DNA of 58,026 bases, the filler included, from Sphacelaria rigidula (lineage: Eukaryota), in NCBI GenBank assembly GCA_964200075.2. It is 7 parts of 7 records of this genome, joined end to end, with 100 filler letters (N's around TTAATTAATTAA, not from the genome) between each part and the next. Parts side by side here need not be neighbours in the genome. Positions count along the whole stretch, not along the records: positions 24,913 to 33,116 come from CAXNAA020011928.1; positions 33,217 to 41,420 come from CAXNAA020011929.1; 5 more parts are not named here. The stretch is one strand, 5' to 3'. Each line of letters begins with the position of its first letter. The first letter of the stretch is position 1. A program made the position numbers and the translations under genes. The notes under the pieces were generated by a model. It ran no database searches and was not told the DNA's origin. It saw nothing but the letters and a program-made list of their open reading frames with translations. Below, in pieces: positions 24,913 to 37,436 of this stretch.

Positions 24913-27900
24913 TCAAGCTCCTTGTGATCTAGGGTTTGGGCGATCTCCCTTGTGCTCCTTGTGCAGGCCAAGGTGGACGTTATCGCTGAGACACTAGGAC
25001 CCGTTGATGACCGCATGGAGGCCAAAGCAGGTGTGGACACAGAGGTTGTCTCCTTCAATTTTGTTCGGAGTACCAAAAAACGACTGCAGTTTCCCCCCCT
25101 TTCCCCTCCCCGAGTGTCGTACCACCGTGTCGTCAACATGTACTCCATCTGTCCTGCATGTCATAGCCGAATGTTTTGTACAGGCCATTGACAGTAAGTA
25201 TCCTATGATATTCCCGTTTTATTCTCTGGCATTCTTCGGTGCTTTGCAGTTGGAAGCTATCCATTTATTTTCAACGTTTCCATATCCCCCACGCGGCCGA
25301 CCGGTCACTATATATTACTGGCCCAGAATGTGTCCGTATTTCGCTTCCATCCCGAGGGCGAGAGATGAAGGAAAATCCAGAGATGAAACGTACAAAACTT
25401 GATCGAAATTTGTTCTCTCCACGTGACGTTATGTACAGAGGGTAGCTGCGCCTGCGCCTGATCCAACACCACTGAGTGAAGTTGTGGCTCGTCAAGTTCG
25501 TGACCTCTGTGCGGTAGGAAAATGGGGCAAGTCGACCGGCTTTGACAAAATCAAGGGCTTCAAATGGCCAGATTTGTTCGATATTGGGTCGATGTCAACC
25601 CGAAATTGTGTGCGGAAGACGTCGAGTTATTTCCCTTATTTTCCCATGAGCATTACCTCTCTCAAACTTTTCGAATAATGCAACCTATGGTACAGAGAGT
25701 GACTCCGTGCGAAAAATGCCATCAGCGCCCACTTCGGTTCTAACTCAAGGGAGACGTGAATTTGGTACGTACTACCCGGATATGAGGAAGCGCTCGATGC
25801 GTCGAATCACTTTACAAATATTCTTTACTCCTGAATATTGCTGTATGCCAGCATAATACCATTTGCGGAGTGCGCAATCTACATGTTGGGGTGGCGTTTT
25901 GGACGCCTACCAATGCTGTGCGGTTTGTTCGGATTGCTCTATCCGATTGCAATCATGGAGAAAGTGCCAGTGAGAAGGGACTGGTCCAAGGCTAGCATTC
26001 CCTTTAATACCAGCCTGCAAACGCCCGCGTTCACAAATCTCGTCCGCTTCTCGAAAACGTGACTGAACTGTACCTATCTATGATGGACCCCAAGAAACAG
26101 ACCACGGTCCGCAGTGTCAAGCTTTGTTTAGTGGGCTCAAGACATGGGGCGTGTCAGCCGGCGTCAATCTGAGAGCCCTCACGAGCAGAATCACGGGAAG
26201 GAATAGAAATTCTTGCGTCCTCTGGACGTGTGGGGTTGTGATTCTTCCGCTTCTATGGTGACTCTCGTCGATGAGCTCGAGAACCAGACCATCAACCGCA
26301 GGTCGGTGGGTCGCCTCGTGGAAAACACCACGGGGAACTCGAAACAGCATCAAATGGGATGCAAAATGAGAACGTGGAGTTGGGGGCAGTGCTCCTCTAC
26401 TCGACATCCCGCATGCAATCTTTCGACCGGTTCCGTAGGATTGCCGTGACTCTTTTGCAATGAAGGCTTGGTGTCGTAGAGCTCACGAGCGATGGTTCTG
26501 CTCGTGCCTCGAAGCTACGGTTGCCGGTGCAGGAAAAATACTTATCGACGTTTACGACCGAGAGGTTCGATGCTACGGTACTAGTACTGGTGCATTGCAG
26601 TGCGGTATCCGGGCATTCTTGTTGGAGAACCGTATTGCGTGTGCTTGGGTGCGTACGTGCGCGAAGTGCCAGCAGCAGCAGCCTAGGTTTTGGTCGGCTA
26701 GTTTTGCACAGCTTCACTTCAGAGGTCAGGGTGTTCACGAGATGAAACCATTGATGCGCAGAGAGTGACCGAGGTGTGCTAAAGGGGAATAAGGTACAGA
26801 AACTTGGAGCCATTTTTGAATCCTGAAAAAAGAAAAAATATACTTGTTCATGGACTAGCGAAATAAAAACTAAACATCTTCATCACTCCGGATGAACGTA
26901 CTTCCCTTGCTTTATCGTCTTGAACGCTCGCGTCAAGTTTTTCTCTCACTTCCTTGAAGTGGGCCGCCCATCCCACTCTTTATCTCAAAGCCGATCACTG
27001 ATCGTGGGTACGGCTCACTTCAGGGGGATTGACAGTTACGCCGGCCAAGCGCCATTTCTTTGCTTCACAACATGTGCACAGCTGAGTTTGAGGAATCACC
27101 AACTGAAATTTTCACATAAGGTCAACGTCAATATGCGGAACGTGGCCGAAGGTCCAAAAATAAGAACCTCATTCAGAAATTACGGTAAATCGAAAATCCT
27201 GGAAACGTGGAGTAGAGAGATGACGCTACGAAATTCAAAAGCGAATCGCAAATTCTCAGGACATCAAAATTTAAGATCACGCAATCAACACAAACGAACC
27301 TGTTCATACGTCGGACAGCTTTCGTGTACCTGAATATTACTTTCCTCAGGGTTGTGATCCGGATCATGGGCAAGTTCATTCGGCCCTCTTCTATAAAATC
27401 GTTCCCAACAGTGCTGGACGCCGACCACGCAGAGTACCGCAACGGTAGCGCATTGGCTTACCGCACAACACTGTCACGTATTTTGTGTAGTTAACGACAT
27501 CTGAGAGTATTGTTCGACGACGAGCTGGGCCAACTGACGGTGGTTTCTCAATGTTTCCGGACCCGGCTGTGGGTAATTCGAGGTGGTGGGCGCTGAAATT
27601 TGACACGAACACTTCACCATCAACACGCGCAACATCTCGAGGGATGCCAAAGAATAAATGAATAAAAGTTAGAGCGATGTCAAGTTTCGGCAAAAACTGC
27701 CCACGTCGGACAGCTAATGAGCTACCTGGATGTTAGTTCTTGTTAAAGAACTGACTAATCCCGATCATGAGCTAGCTCCTTTGGCCACTATTTCCGTATT
27801 TCCGTATTAGGTCCCGACAGCGATGGACGGCGAGCACGCGGTGTAGCGGGAAGGTAACGCTTTGACTTCTCGGAAACTGGTGTCACGTGTGTTGTGATTT

Positions 27901-28089
27901 TGTACAATGGATCTGTCTGAGAGTTCTCTTCGATTACATATTTCAGGTACCTCATGAGCTGTCCGACGCGTGAAAAAATGGAAATATCTTCGACCCCCTA
28001 AAATATAAAAATAAATACGGCGGCAACCTCAAAAACGTTGTGCGTGCTCACATGCAGGAGACCCTGGTGAAATTTCCACCAAAAATTAC

Positions 28090-28983
28090 GACGGTTGGGG
28101 ACTGGACCAGTATCTACTGACAGTATTCCTGTACTGGCAGTTGTCCTGTACTGCGTCAGAGGTTGCCAGTACAGCCAGTACATACCCATCTTACGTACGT
28201 CCTAAAGTATGCCTTCTAGACCACATGGAAACCCACGCCGCGTGAGAGGCAGGAGAGGAGAGAGCTTGAGAACAAGGCACACACACACACTATAGGGAGA
28301 CCACAAAATGGATGGACCAATATGTCACTAGCAGCAGCAGCCCGCCCGCTTCAGACCCGAGCCCGGGGCCATCCCTGAACCCGCCGCGGCCTCCAGCGAA
28401 TCTGGTGACGCAGAAATAGTGGCGGTCGTGTCTCGCGGTGTTCAGAAGGACAAACTGCGCGAGGAGTGCCTGGTTAGGGTTAAGATGCAGCCTTGAAAGT
28501 CAAAGCCGGCTGCTGGGACTGCACCTAGCTGGACGTAGTTCAAAAGTTACGTTTGGGGGCGTTTGCGGGAGTACGCCGTGTGCACTCTGTGCATCGAGCA
28601 GTAGGAACATGAGCGAGCGGGGATCAAATACTCGGAGTCTCCGAGTAACCTTCTGAGGCACCTTATCACCGAATTCCCCGGTCACCGAGATGCGTACAAC
28701 GCCCGCATGGCGATTACGAATGAATGCTTGCATTAATTCGACACGATTGCTGAAGTTTTTCTTTGGGTATACTAACCTATTTGAAGAAGAAAGGTTTTCA
28801 CACCCGGGTAGGCATCATCGAAGTGGCCCAAAATCACCCAAAAAATATCCACTAGTGAAGCCAAATCGCGTAAAAATACGCCTCCGGCGGGGCCCCCTCA
28901 CCAGCCGGGGGAAGCCGGTGGTCGCGGCGGCTTCGCCGCGACACCAGTGTACTGATAGGGCGTAGCGCCAGTCCCCAACCCTA
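28090..28983. mobile_element. hAT-type non-autonomous element, 894 bp, 8-bp TSD, inserted in the left foldback arm
   Basis: TIR gacggttggggactgg / ccagtccccaacccta. TSD aaaattac at 28082-28089 and 28984-28991. The right arm shows the empty site (tttgagtaattttggtcgaaatttcacc at ~32545). Confidence 0.9.
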
Positions 28984-29609
28984 AAAATTACTCAAATCAG
29001 ACTCAGTCGGGCACCTTTAGTGTGACACGGCCGCCCCCCGGTGGTCAAACTACTACGACAGCTTCCAGTTACACAGATCATGTAAATTTTGTGCATTATC
29101 TGATCGTGCATAATCTCCGCCCCTCCTGTTGCGAAAGGTTCAGATATTTTGTTGACGGTGTTGCATTCGGGGGGCGGTGTAGCGCACTTTCAAGTAGTAC
29201 TTTTCCCTCTTGCGGTGATGGATGACAGTCGGCTCGGAGGTCCTCTCCCATGATGGAGATGTTGACGAGCTTGATGCCATCTTGCAGCACCACCAGCGTG
29301 CTTTTCCCTGCACATATCGAGTGTTCGCGCGCCTGTGTGGCGCAACTGCCCATCGTGATTCCACCGCATTTTGCGGAAACGAAACGTCTCCAGACACGCT
29401 ATCCGCAATGGCACGAGATGTACCCGGTATTCAACACAGTACAAAAACATCATCGCCAAAACTGCGCCACTCGTCCAGCGGCGGTGTCGTGCGTGACCAC
29501 GTTGGTCTGCAGTCAACAGCGATATGCTCAAGTCGGGGTGACTTGGGGCATTTCCGAAGTTGTGGTGTAGAACGCAAATGCGGGTTTTTTTGCTGGCCCA
29601 GCTCGTAGT

Positions 29610-31850
29610 TCAGATATACCGACGTCCACTCTAGGGTTCAGAGGAGACGTCTAGGAGGTGCTTGTGAGACTCGCTCTCAGAACTCGAATACGTGCGGGCT
29701 ATACGCCCTCCATTTCTTGTAAATTTGCATGACGGGGTTTTTCGATCGCGGATACACAAAGATGAGTGTACACCAACAACGAAACACAGGGAGCAGTACG
29801 AAGTCAATGTCAGTATCCCATATGCGGTGTACCCACTGCGCTAAGCGTAACACGAGGACGGCATCACCGGAGCTCCGCCAATCAAGCATCCGCAATTTTT
29901 TTCACCAGCTGGATCGCCTGCAATTCACAGTTATCGTCTTCCATCGGGCTGAATCAGTGGGCGTCAAAATTAGCAACCTGCCGTGTGCCGAAGTGATGCG
30001 ACAAACGGTTGATTCTGCCCATACTCAACAGAATGAAGCTCTGAACCAAGTACATACTCATCTTGTGCCCCACACATTGAATGCACTGCAGCAACTTAGC
30101 AAATTCAGCAGCAGCAAGGACGCCGCGCGGTGTTTGTCGTGTTTGTGGGCGTTGATGTGCCAGCTCTGAGTAGTACGAGTACCTCGTCCTGAAAAGCGGC
30201 GAATTTCGTTCCGTACTGTGGCAGGGGGCACTGACTGAAACGGCTGCCGAAACGCGGTGCTCAACATCATAACTTTCTGACATCGTAACACCATGCGCTC
30301 CCAAGAATGTTATGTATATCGACCAGGTGGTAAACACTGCTGAGTTGGAACGAAAGTGCATCTAGTCCATACAGTACGAGTACGGATGGTCATGCCGACG
30401 TCAAAGTCGTGACTTCAGACCACGCTCCCCCCCCCCCTTTCCATCAACAATTCTGCTCGGCATGTTTGTTTGACAAAAACTCCAGGAAACGTATAGCCCC
30501 GGATCTTCTGAGGAAACATGAAAACTGTTCCGCACACAGCCATACGATATCCGACCCTTCCACCGCACGGTTTCTCGCCTGTCACACGTAGGGTTTGACA
30601 AACTATATCACTATTCCTCATCCCATCCCGAAGAACATCCCACCCCCGAGTGCTCGAGCCTGGTCAGGCGAACACCCGACGTGCTCCATCCCGGCTTCTT
30701 AGAGATGCGAGATCCATGGTCTTATGACTATAGCATGCAAGATCATGAATACACCCCGCCTCCCCCCCGGAACTCTTCAACATGTACATGAGTGCGTACT
30801 GTCCACTTGTACGTACGGCATGTGTAGAGCTGCGACTACCGCGGTGGGCTACCTTGGCTTCCGATCACTGTGGTACTCGCAACATTGTAACTTCACCACG
30901 GTAGGTTGTTCCACAAGAGCGTGTTTTGCTGTGCTGTACCTGCACCCGGTGTGTACCAAAAAAACAGGTCATGTCCCACAACTGCAGCGCATACACGCGA
31001 CTCTCCTGCTCGCTCCACGCCGCGGCAAAGACCACGACAGCTGGCAGTGGCGGGACTGTTTGGCCAAAAAACTGAAACCAAGAGCTTTATTCATCGACAG
31101 GGACCAGCTGGTGATTGAAGAGCTGGACGCTACGGTAGAGAATACTCGTACAGTAGGTGACCCGATGCAAGGTCGCGTTGATCCATGACGGATGAGGCGG
31201 CTTTATATCGAAGACGGCCTTACAATCGATATAGGGCCGCTTCAGTCTCGTATCGAATTAAGCGTTCTATTGTGTCCCGAGACTCCCCCCCAGTGTCGGA
31301 TCAACAAGAGGCAAGCGTTGTCCCAGTTGACGGAGAATAGAAACGCTGCACTGTATTGCTTTATTTATGGTGTGGTTTTGTCCCTACGGCTGTCGCAGGA
31401 CTTCATGCGCTCTCAATCCTCTCTGGTGGGGGTGGAGACACGGAGAACAGAAACGAACTCGGGCCGTTCTCTGCTGCAGCACTCGCAGTTTGCGAAGGGC
31501 ACTACATTGGAGCAACACCCGACAGAGACGAGAAAATGCGTTCACTGGACAGAAAGTACGAGCCCTCAGTATTATCTGGATGAGCACTGGGACTACCCCA
31601 CTGGCGCAGGTCATCGTCATAATTGTCCCTCCGACGTGCGCTACTCCACAACCTTGCAGCAGCATGCAGTAGATTGTGTTTAGTGGAGAGCGATGAAACC
31701 CTGACTGTCTCTTGCCTTTGTACCCAGTGAACATATACAGCACATGTGCTGCCTTTGCACGCAATTGACTGCAGGGTCACAACCGCTCAGGGCGTCTCCG
31801 GGACTACCTTCTACATAATGGATGGCCAACATCCACATGCTCCTGAAAAA
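29610..31850 (-). pseudogene. Decayed non-LTR (LINE) reverse transcriptase
   Basis: Ordered relic motifs on the minus strand, with frameshifts and stops: GSPGD (~31800), ASGVVPVL (~31590), LHPHQRGLR (~31420), YIDCKAVFD (~31215), SWFQ... (~31075). These parallel SPGPDG, WxxxxIxPI, QxGFR and DxxKAFD of LINE RTs. Confidence 0.55.
30655..30752 (+). mobile_element. Truncated family-2 retroposon ending at a C-run
   Basis: gagcctggtcaggcgaacacccg...tcttatgactatagcatgcaagatcatgaatac followed by accccgcctccccccc. Confidence 0.75.
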
Positions 31851-33116
31851 AGGCGTTTTGTGTACGGAGAAGACAGCTGTTCTAAACCCCAATAATGGCA
31901 TACAAGCTGGACCAGCAGAAAACCCCGTATTTGCATTCCACTCTACAACTCCTCAAGTTTCCCAAGGCAGCCTGACTTGAGCACATATCGCTGTTGACTG
32001 CAGACCAACCTAGTCACGCACGACACCCCGCTGGTCGATTGACGCAGTTTTGGCGATGATGGTTAAGTGCTGCATTGAGTACCGGGTACGTCTCATGTCA
32101 TTGCGTGATGGCGTGTCTGGAGACGTTTCGTTCCACAAATTGCAGTGGAGTTACCGTAGACTGTTGCGCCACACAGACACGCGAACACCCGATACGCGTA
32201 GACAAAAGCACACTGATGGTGCTGCAAGATGGCATCAGGCTCAACAACAGCTCTATCATTGGAGAGGACCTCCGAGCCGACTGTCACATATCACCGTGAG
32301 AGGGAGAATCACTACTTTAAACTGCGCTGAACCCCCCTTATCCCCCCAATGCAACACCGTCATCAAAATATCGGGACCCTTTGCTACTCGGGAGGAAGCG
32401 GAGATTATGCACGTTAGGTTATGCACAGAAAAAAAAGGTAGTGTGGGGATTCCAACTCGTGACCTGAGAACCTGGAGGCTGTTGTATCAGTTTGACCAGA
32501 GGGGCGCGCCTAGTCACACGAAAAGGGACACCGGGTGCGTCCACTTTGAGTAATTTTGGTCGAAATTTCACCAGGATCTCCTGCATGCAAGCACGCACAA
32601 CATTTTAGGAAATGCCACCACATATGTATGCATGTATTTTCACGGAGTTGGGGCCCTTCTTAACGAAGGGGATTATCCCCTTTTTCATAATCCCCTTTTG
32701 ACAGGGGATTGGCCACATGACGACCAGTCCTGAGTCCTATCGAGAAGAAGTTTTGTCCAAATTGGAACCCAGATCTGCACGCACGTTGGGAAATGCGGCG
32801 GGTCTGGAAGTGGTCGTTAGTCCAAGCAGGTCCAAGGTCTGTGTAATGCTGCAGACAAGACACAACAAGGCAATACAATACCTACACACCCAGCCCCGAA
32901 AAAACACGCACGGACACCCACCACTTAGGCGCATTAGTTTCACTGCTAGACTTTGCTGATCTACACCCGGCAGTCTTTGTTCGACAGAAATCCGTCTTGT
33001 ATTGGACGAATGGCGACCGCATGCGTTTCAAAAACAACCCAAAACGTGTCGTTGCTGGCCGTTTCGTTAGTGTGGGCTGCGCGCGCGTCTCACACAAATC
33101 ATCATTTCTCAATGAA

Positions 33117-33216
33117 NNNNNNNNNNNNNNNNNNNNNNNNNNNNNNNNNNNNNNNNNNNNTTAATTAATTAANNNNNNNNNNNNNNNNNNNNNNNNNNNN
33201 NNNNNNNNNNNNNNNN
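33117..33216. other. Artificial linker
   Basis: Identical to 8205-8304. Confidence 0.98.
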
Positions 33217-33283
33217 GACGGATAATGGCATTTTCCCACTGCGAAGCAAACCCAGAACCGGTGGGGGAAGGGGGGGGGGGGGG

Positions 33284-33665
33284 CGTACTCATTTGTTGCT
33301 TGCCTTAGTCGTGTGACCATTGGGGAGGGGGAGGGGGCGTACTCATTAGGGGGGGGGGGGGTACGTATGATCTTGCATGCCGTAGTCATAAGGCCATTGA
33401 CCTCGCGTCCCTACGAATGCGGGATGAAGCACGCCGGATTTTCGCCGGACAAGGCTCGCAATCAATCATCAAGAGCGAATCGCCGTCATGTGTTCGGCGA
33501 TTCGCATGCATGGAGGGTGAGCTGCATCCTGCTAAGATTGTTCGGCCCGGAGCCTATTGATGATCTTGCATTTGGATGGCAGCCCCCGATGAGTTGCTTC
33601 ATTTTCGGGTATCCACACTTCCAGAGACCGCCGCGGGTTATAGACTGCCTCATGGATGTCTCACT
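33284..33665 (-). mobile_element. Stack of family-1 tails plus a full-length family-2 retroposon (33361-33665), separated by G-runs
   Basis: G-run, gtactcatttgttgcttgcc..., G-run, gtactcatt, G-run, gtacgtatgatcttgcatgcc...cctcatggatgtctca. Confidence 0.8.
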
Positions 33666-34086
33666 CATAGAAACACCACGTAGTACGATCATCCCCTTTG
33701 CGCAGGGTTCAGGTTCTCCCACTCAGCACAATATGATCTAGCTCGACCACCATCATGACGACCGCGAATAAAGACGGAGCGAAAAATAAAAGGTGATGTG
33801 GCGTGTATCCCGACGCCGTTGCCAACCGACGCCAACCCTCAAAGGGAAAGTCAGGACTGGGAGATGGGGCGGAGAGAGGGGGGTGGAGGGGGGGTGGAGG
33901 TAGTCGGAAAACAATGTGTGATTTCACACCACAGGGGAATTTCACGTCGCATTTACTTGTCCCGATAAGCTCAAGGGCAGGCTGTGGTGCGGTCCACGTC
34001 TGAAGGATAAGCGCGTGTTTCGAAGACAAGAAGGAGACCCCCTTCCCCACTTTCTGCTGCCTTCATTGGGACGAAATACTTTACAG

Positions 34087-34218
34087 GTACATGGATCTAC
34101 GAGTGCCTGGTCCTGGCCGCAGCGTCCGGCTCTCAGTGCACACAGATCTTCCAGAGATTCATTACAAACGAGGGAACACCGCGGAGCGCAGGGGGCAGAA
34201 CAGGATGGAATTCCTCGG
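34087..34218 (+). CDS. DENN-domain protein (Rab GEF), exon (YMDLRVPGPGRSVRLSVHTDLPEIHYKR...)
   Basis: Acceptor tactttacag|G, donor GG|gtgagg, phase 2/2. The VPxPG motif is typical of the segment before the DENN core. Confidence 0.7.
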
Positions 34219-34728
34219 GTGAGGACCGCGTACTCTGCGGCTATTGATATGCAATGCAGGAGGGCTTATTAAAGGCGTCTCAAACTCGAGGTTTCCTGTG
34301 TAATAAACCTTGAGTTACTATTAAATACATCGGTAACGTCGAGTTTGAGATATCTCTATCGATGGGCCATCCACTCGTCGGCCTATTATTTTATGGCACA
34401 CATTTATAGTGCGCCGACGTCCAGAACTTCCGGGCTAGAAACGCGTGTCCAAGGCGAAGTTCGAAGGAGGATATTATTCTTCAACCAGTACGAGCTACAT
34501 CGTACATCATCAGTAGGCAGCTACCGTTTTGACGGGACCAAAATTGTCAGTATCTATGCAGACTGTGCGAATCTGATTTCACATGTGCGGCGTCATCACA
34601 CGCACTGTCAAATGCGCTTGTCGCCACGCGAAGTTTCCCCGAAAAATCCTCCGGAACGAAGACGACCCGACCACATGTCGTAAACTTTCTCCTACGAACC
34701 AACCAAGCTCCGCGGAAACTCCCTGCAG

Positions 34729-34930
34729 GTCGTCGAACAGCGGCGAAAAAGGGAGGGTTGTGGTGTACGACACCTTTGCCGGACTCCGCGGAGTAGGTAT
34801 TCCACCGCACGTCGTGGACGGACGAGAGATGGTAGATGCCGTGGCAGCATGGGCACTGCCTGGGGCACTATCCAGTATGCCCATGGATATCCTGGTGACG
34901 CTAGTAGGGGCCCTCATGTGCGAATGCCAG
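34729..34930 (+). CDS. DENN-domain protein, exon (...VDAVAAWALPGALSSMPMDILVTLVGALMCECQ)
   Basis: Acceptor ccctgcag|G (alternative at 34708, same phase), donor CAG|gtgcgt. It matches the LxxxxIxxLxxALLxE pattern of the DENN core. Confidence 0.8.
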
Positions 34931-34974
34931 GTGCGTCTTTTTCTTTTTTCCCACTTTGTTTATCTTCCCCCCCT

Positions 34975-35390
34975 CCATCTCGAAAGGGGTGCGTGGTCAA
35001 TGGTCAAATGACTAAGGCAAGCAACAAATGAGTACCTCCCCCTCCCCCTCCCCCTCCTCTAGAGCAGAACTCATATGCTTGCAGAATGTGAACTATACAA
35101 GGAGGAACGGGACGTGCTAGAGCGGGAAATGCAGGACGTGAACGAAGGTGGCATGATATCGTTTGATGCATCAGACAGCAGCGAGAAAAACGATGGTTAT
35201 ACCACTAGGAGATGGATGGTGGCCACAGACGGCGATAAGATATGTAAAAGGTTTTTGTGCATTGTATGGAAGAAACGTAGTGAGCGCCGGAATGTTGGAG
35301 GTGTCTCTATCAGGAGTGGGAACGGTGCTCCGTCTCGAAAGGGATGCGTGGTCAATGGTCAGACGACTATGGCAAGCAACAAATGAGTAC
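34975..35390 (+). mobile_element. Two tandem family-1 LINE 3' fragments in a DENN intron; the second encodes an ORF2-like C-terminus
   Basis: 34975-35036 is a short tail. 35060-35390 reads RTHMLAECELYKEERDVLEREM...NGAPSRKGCVVNGQTTMASNK*, an HxxxEC motif like the LINE ORF2 C-terminal Zn knuckle. Each ends atgagtac followed by a C-rich run. Confidence 0.75.
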
Positions 35391-36279
35391 TCCCCCTCAC
35401 CTCGGGACAAGATCGCACAGTGGTCTCAAGGGACCACGTCCCCTCTTCCCCCGTCCGCACTTTGAACTTTTGGCGTCGCGGATCAGGTCGGCAGGCCCGC
35501 ACCAGGTCAGCCGAATTTAGTCGAATAAGCATTCTTGACTGCTCGAACTCGCGCCCTACGTTCTCAATGACGAAAATTAGATACTCCTAAGGGTCCTCAG
35601 TAGCGGAGCTGTTTTTTTGTCAGGATTTTCCTACTTTTTCAAGAAAAAAAAAAAACTTCCTCTCCGAAAAATGTGACAGCATATTTCTCAACCAGATCGA
35701 GGAATAGAAAACAATTCAAGACTGATTATACATAAATCGGAGAATTCAGCATTATTCGATATATGTATATATATATGTATGTTAGTTTGTGTTGTCATGT
35801 TTTTGGAAAAGTTCGAAAATATCCGAAGAACCGGTGAAATGTATGTACAATAAATACCGTTAAAAATGTTTTTTAAGAAATGACGCTGAACCCGCATCTT
35901 CTTCCGAGAATCTAACCCGCGATCGTCAACCTTGGATACCAACGGCGAGGTTGGGCAGCTTTGTTGTGTGTGCAAATTACGATACGGTGCACCTTATAGG
36001 AGGTATTACTCGTTCATAAATGGCTGTTGACCTACACGAAATTTTTGCATCGCCATGCAATTAGGCATAATATTTGCCCCAAAAAATTGAATACTTTACC
36101 TCGCCCTAGCTGATTTCAGTTGATCCATTTTATTTAGACTACCGCGGCACGGGATAGTGCAGGTGGCAAACGTGGAATATCGTAAAGATAACGTCCGTGC
36201 ACTCAAAATTATCAGGTACCATATATCGCAGCAAAACGTTCCCGGACACTTGCGGTGAGATCTTCATCACCCAGAGGTG

Positions 36280-36435
36280 TACTCATGATCATGCATGCCA
36301 TTGTCATAAGACCCAGAGGTGGGGGGGGGGGGTGTATTAATTTGTTGCTTGCCTTCGTGGTTTGACCGTTGACCACGCATCCCTTTCGAGACGGAGCACA
36401 AATGAGAGGCGTACTCAAACAACAAATGAGTACGC
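36280..36435. mobile_element. Cluster of very short family-2 and family-1 tails at G/C runs
   Basis: gtactcatgatcatgcatgcc..., then a G-run with tgtattaatttgttgcttgcc...cgagacggagcac, then aacaaatgagtacgcccccc. Confidence 0.7.
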
Positions 36436-36603
36436 CCCCCACCCTCCCTCCATCCCAATCATACCATGACTCGTCAGCTCGCGTTGGAGCTCAGATCGTG
36501 TCCCTCCCACCGTTAAGCACCAGCCGTGACCTGCGGCAGACCGGGTAACCCCAACGCTCTGTGCAGCCCCCGCCTTACTGAATCGGGGTTCACGTTTTAC
36601 CAG

Positions 36604-36757
36604 GTGATTGTCGTCAGTCAAGATTTGGGGCTTCTGTCCTCCACGGTACTAGCCCTCGCGGCGCTTACCAGGCCGTTGCTGTGGGTACACCCCTTGGTGC
36701 CTGTGATGCCTGTGGAAATGGGAGAAGTGCTATCGGCTCCCGTGCCCTACCTCATAG
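36604..36757 (+). CDS. DENN-domain protein, core exon (VIVVSQDLGLLSSTVLALAALTRPLLWVHPLVPVMPVEMGEVLSAPVPYLIG)
   Basis: Canonical DENN core pattern IxxxSxxxxxLSxxVxAxxxLxxPxxWxHxxIPVLPxxxxxxLxAPVPYLIG. Splice sites ttttaccag| and G|gtgaga, phase 0/1. Confidence 0.93.
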
Positions 36758-37371
36758 GTGAGAGGGCCCCATCTACGCTGCTGTATACAATGCTTCTGCT
36801 AACCCGCGGTGTTTGATGTTGAGTGGTTGCGTTCTAAAGGGTTCACGAGGGGCGTGCCGAATGCGCTCTGTAGGTACTACAGCGGTATTTGCACGGCTAG
36901 AAGGACCCGCGCTAAATCGATGGGGCGTGCCGGCAGATAAGGTGAAGATATGAGTTATGCTAGGTGTACAGCGGAGAGCAACTTCAGGCTCCGGTTGTTG
37001 CCGCCTCCCCGAGGTTAAGTGTTGGAAGCACCTCAGGCGCGGTAGTACTGTATCCATCTACGGTAATATAGCGTTGCAGTGCTACTTCTCCAGTGATATA
37101 TATATATGTATATATAGGTTGGCTAGCACCCACTGCTGCGTCGCTCGAGTGTCGATGCATCGTGCCGGCAGGTAACATGCATCTTCGCGTGGTCCCAGTT
37201 GTTGATTCAGAGCACAACAAATTGATCGAAAGCGTACGATCAGGTCGGAAGGTGCTCCGGTTTGCCTGAAAAACGTATCAGGACAAAATCGCTGAACCGC
37301 TGACTATGAGGGTGACAGGGAACCTGTCCATGCAGCCCCCCCGTCGGATACCTGTGCGTGTGTATCTACAG

Positions 37372-37436
37372 GTACGCCGTGCCTAGAAGGAGCAAAGGGG
37401 CTGCCGTGCTCCCCGAGGCAACTCAGCCCCGGACAG
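37372..37436 (+). CDS. DENN-domain protein, small exon (TPCLEGAKGLPCSPRQLSPGQ)
   Basis: tatctacag|GT ... CAG|gtcagt. The 65-nt exon restores the frame from phase 1 to phase 0 between its neighbours. Confidence 0.75.

Larger units (their letters stand above)
27992..32655. mobile_element. Long-arm foldback element (~700-bp inverted arms enclosing ~2.3 kb)
   Basis: The left arm (27992-28089 plus 28992-29607) is the reverse complement of the right arm (31901-32655). Examples: gttggtctgcagtcaacagcgatatg / catatcgctgttgactgcagaccaac and gacagtcggctcggaggtcctctcc / ggagaggacctccgagccgactgtc. Outer ends are approximate. Confidence 0.8.

Noticed and set aside
32727..32829. Upstream DENN exon (SPESYREEVLSKLEPRSAR...)
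   Set aside because: It is coding-like, but it is in a different slice and its splice sites are weak, so it cannot be linked across an artificial linker.
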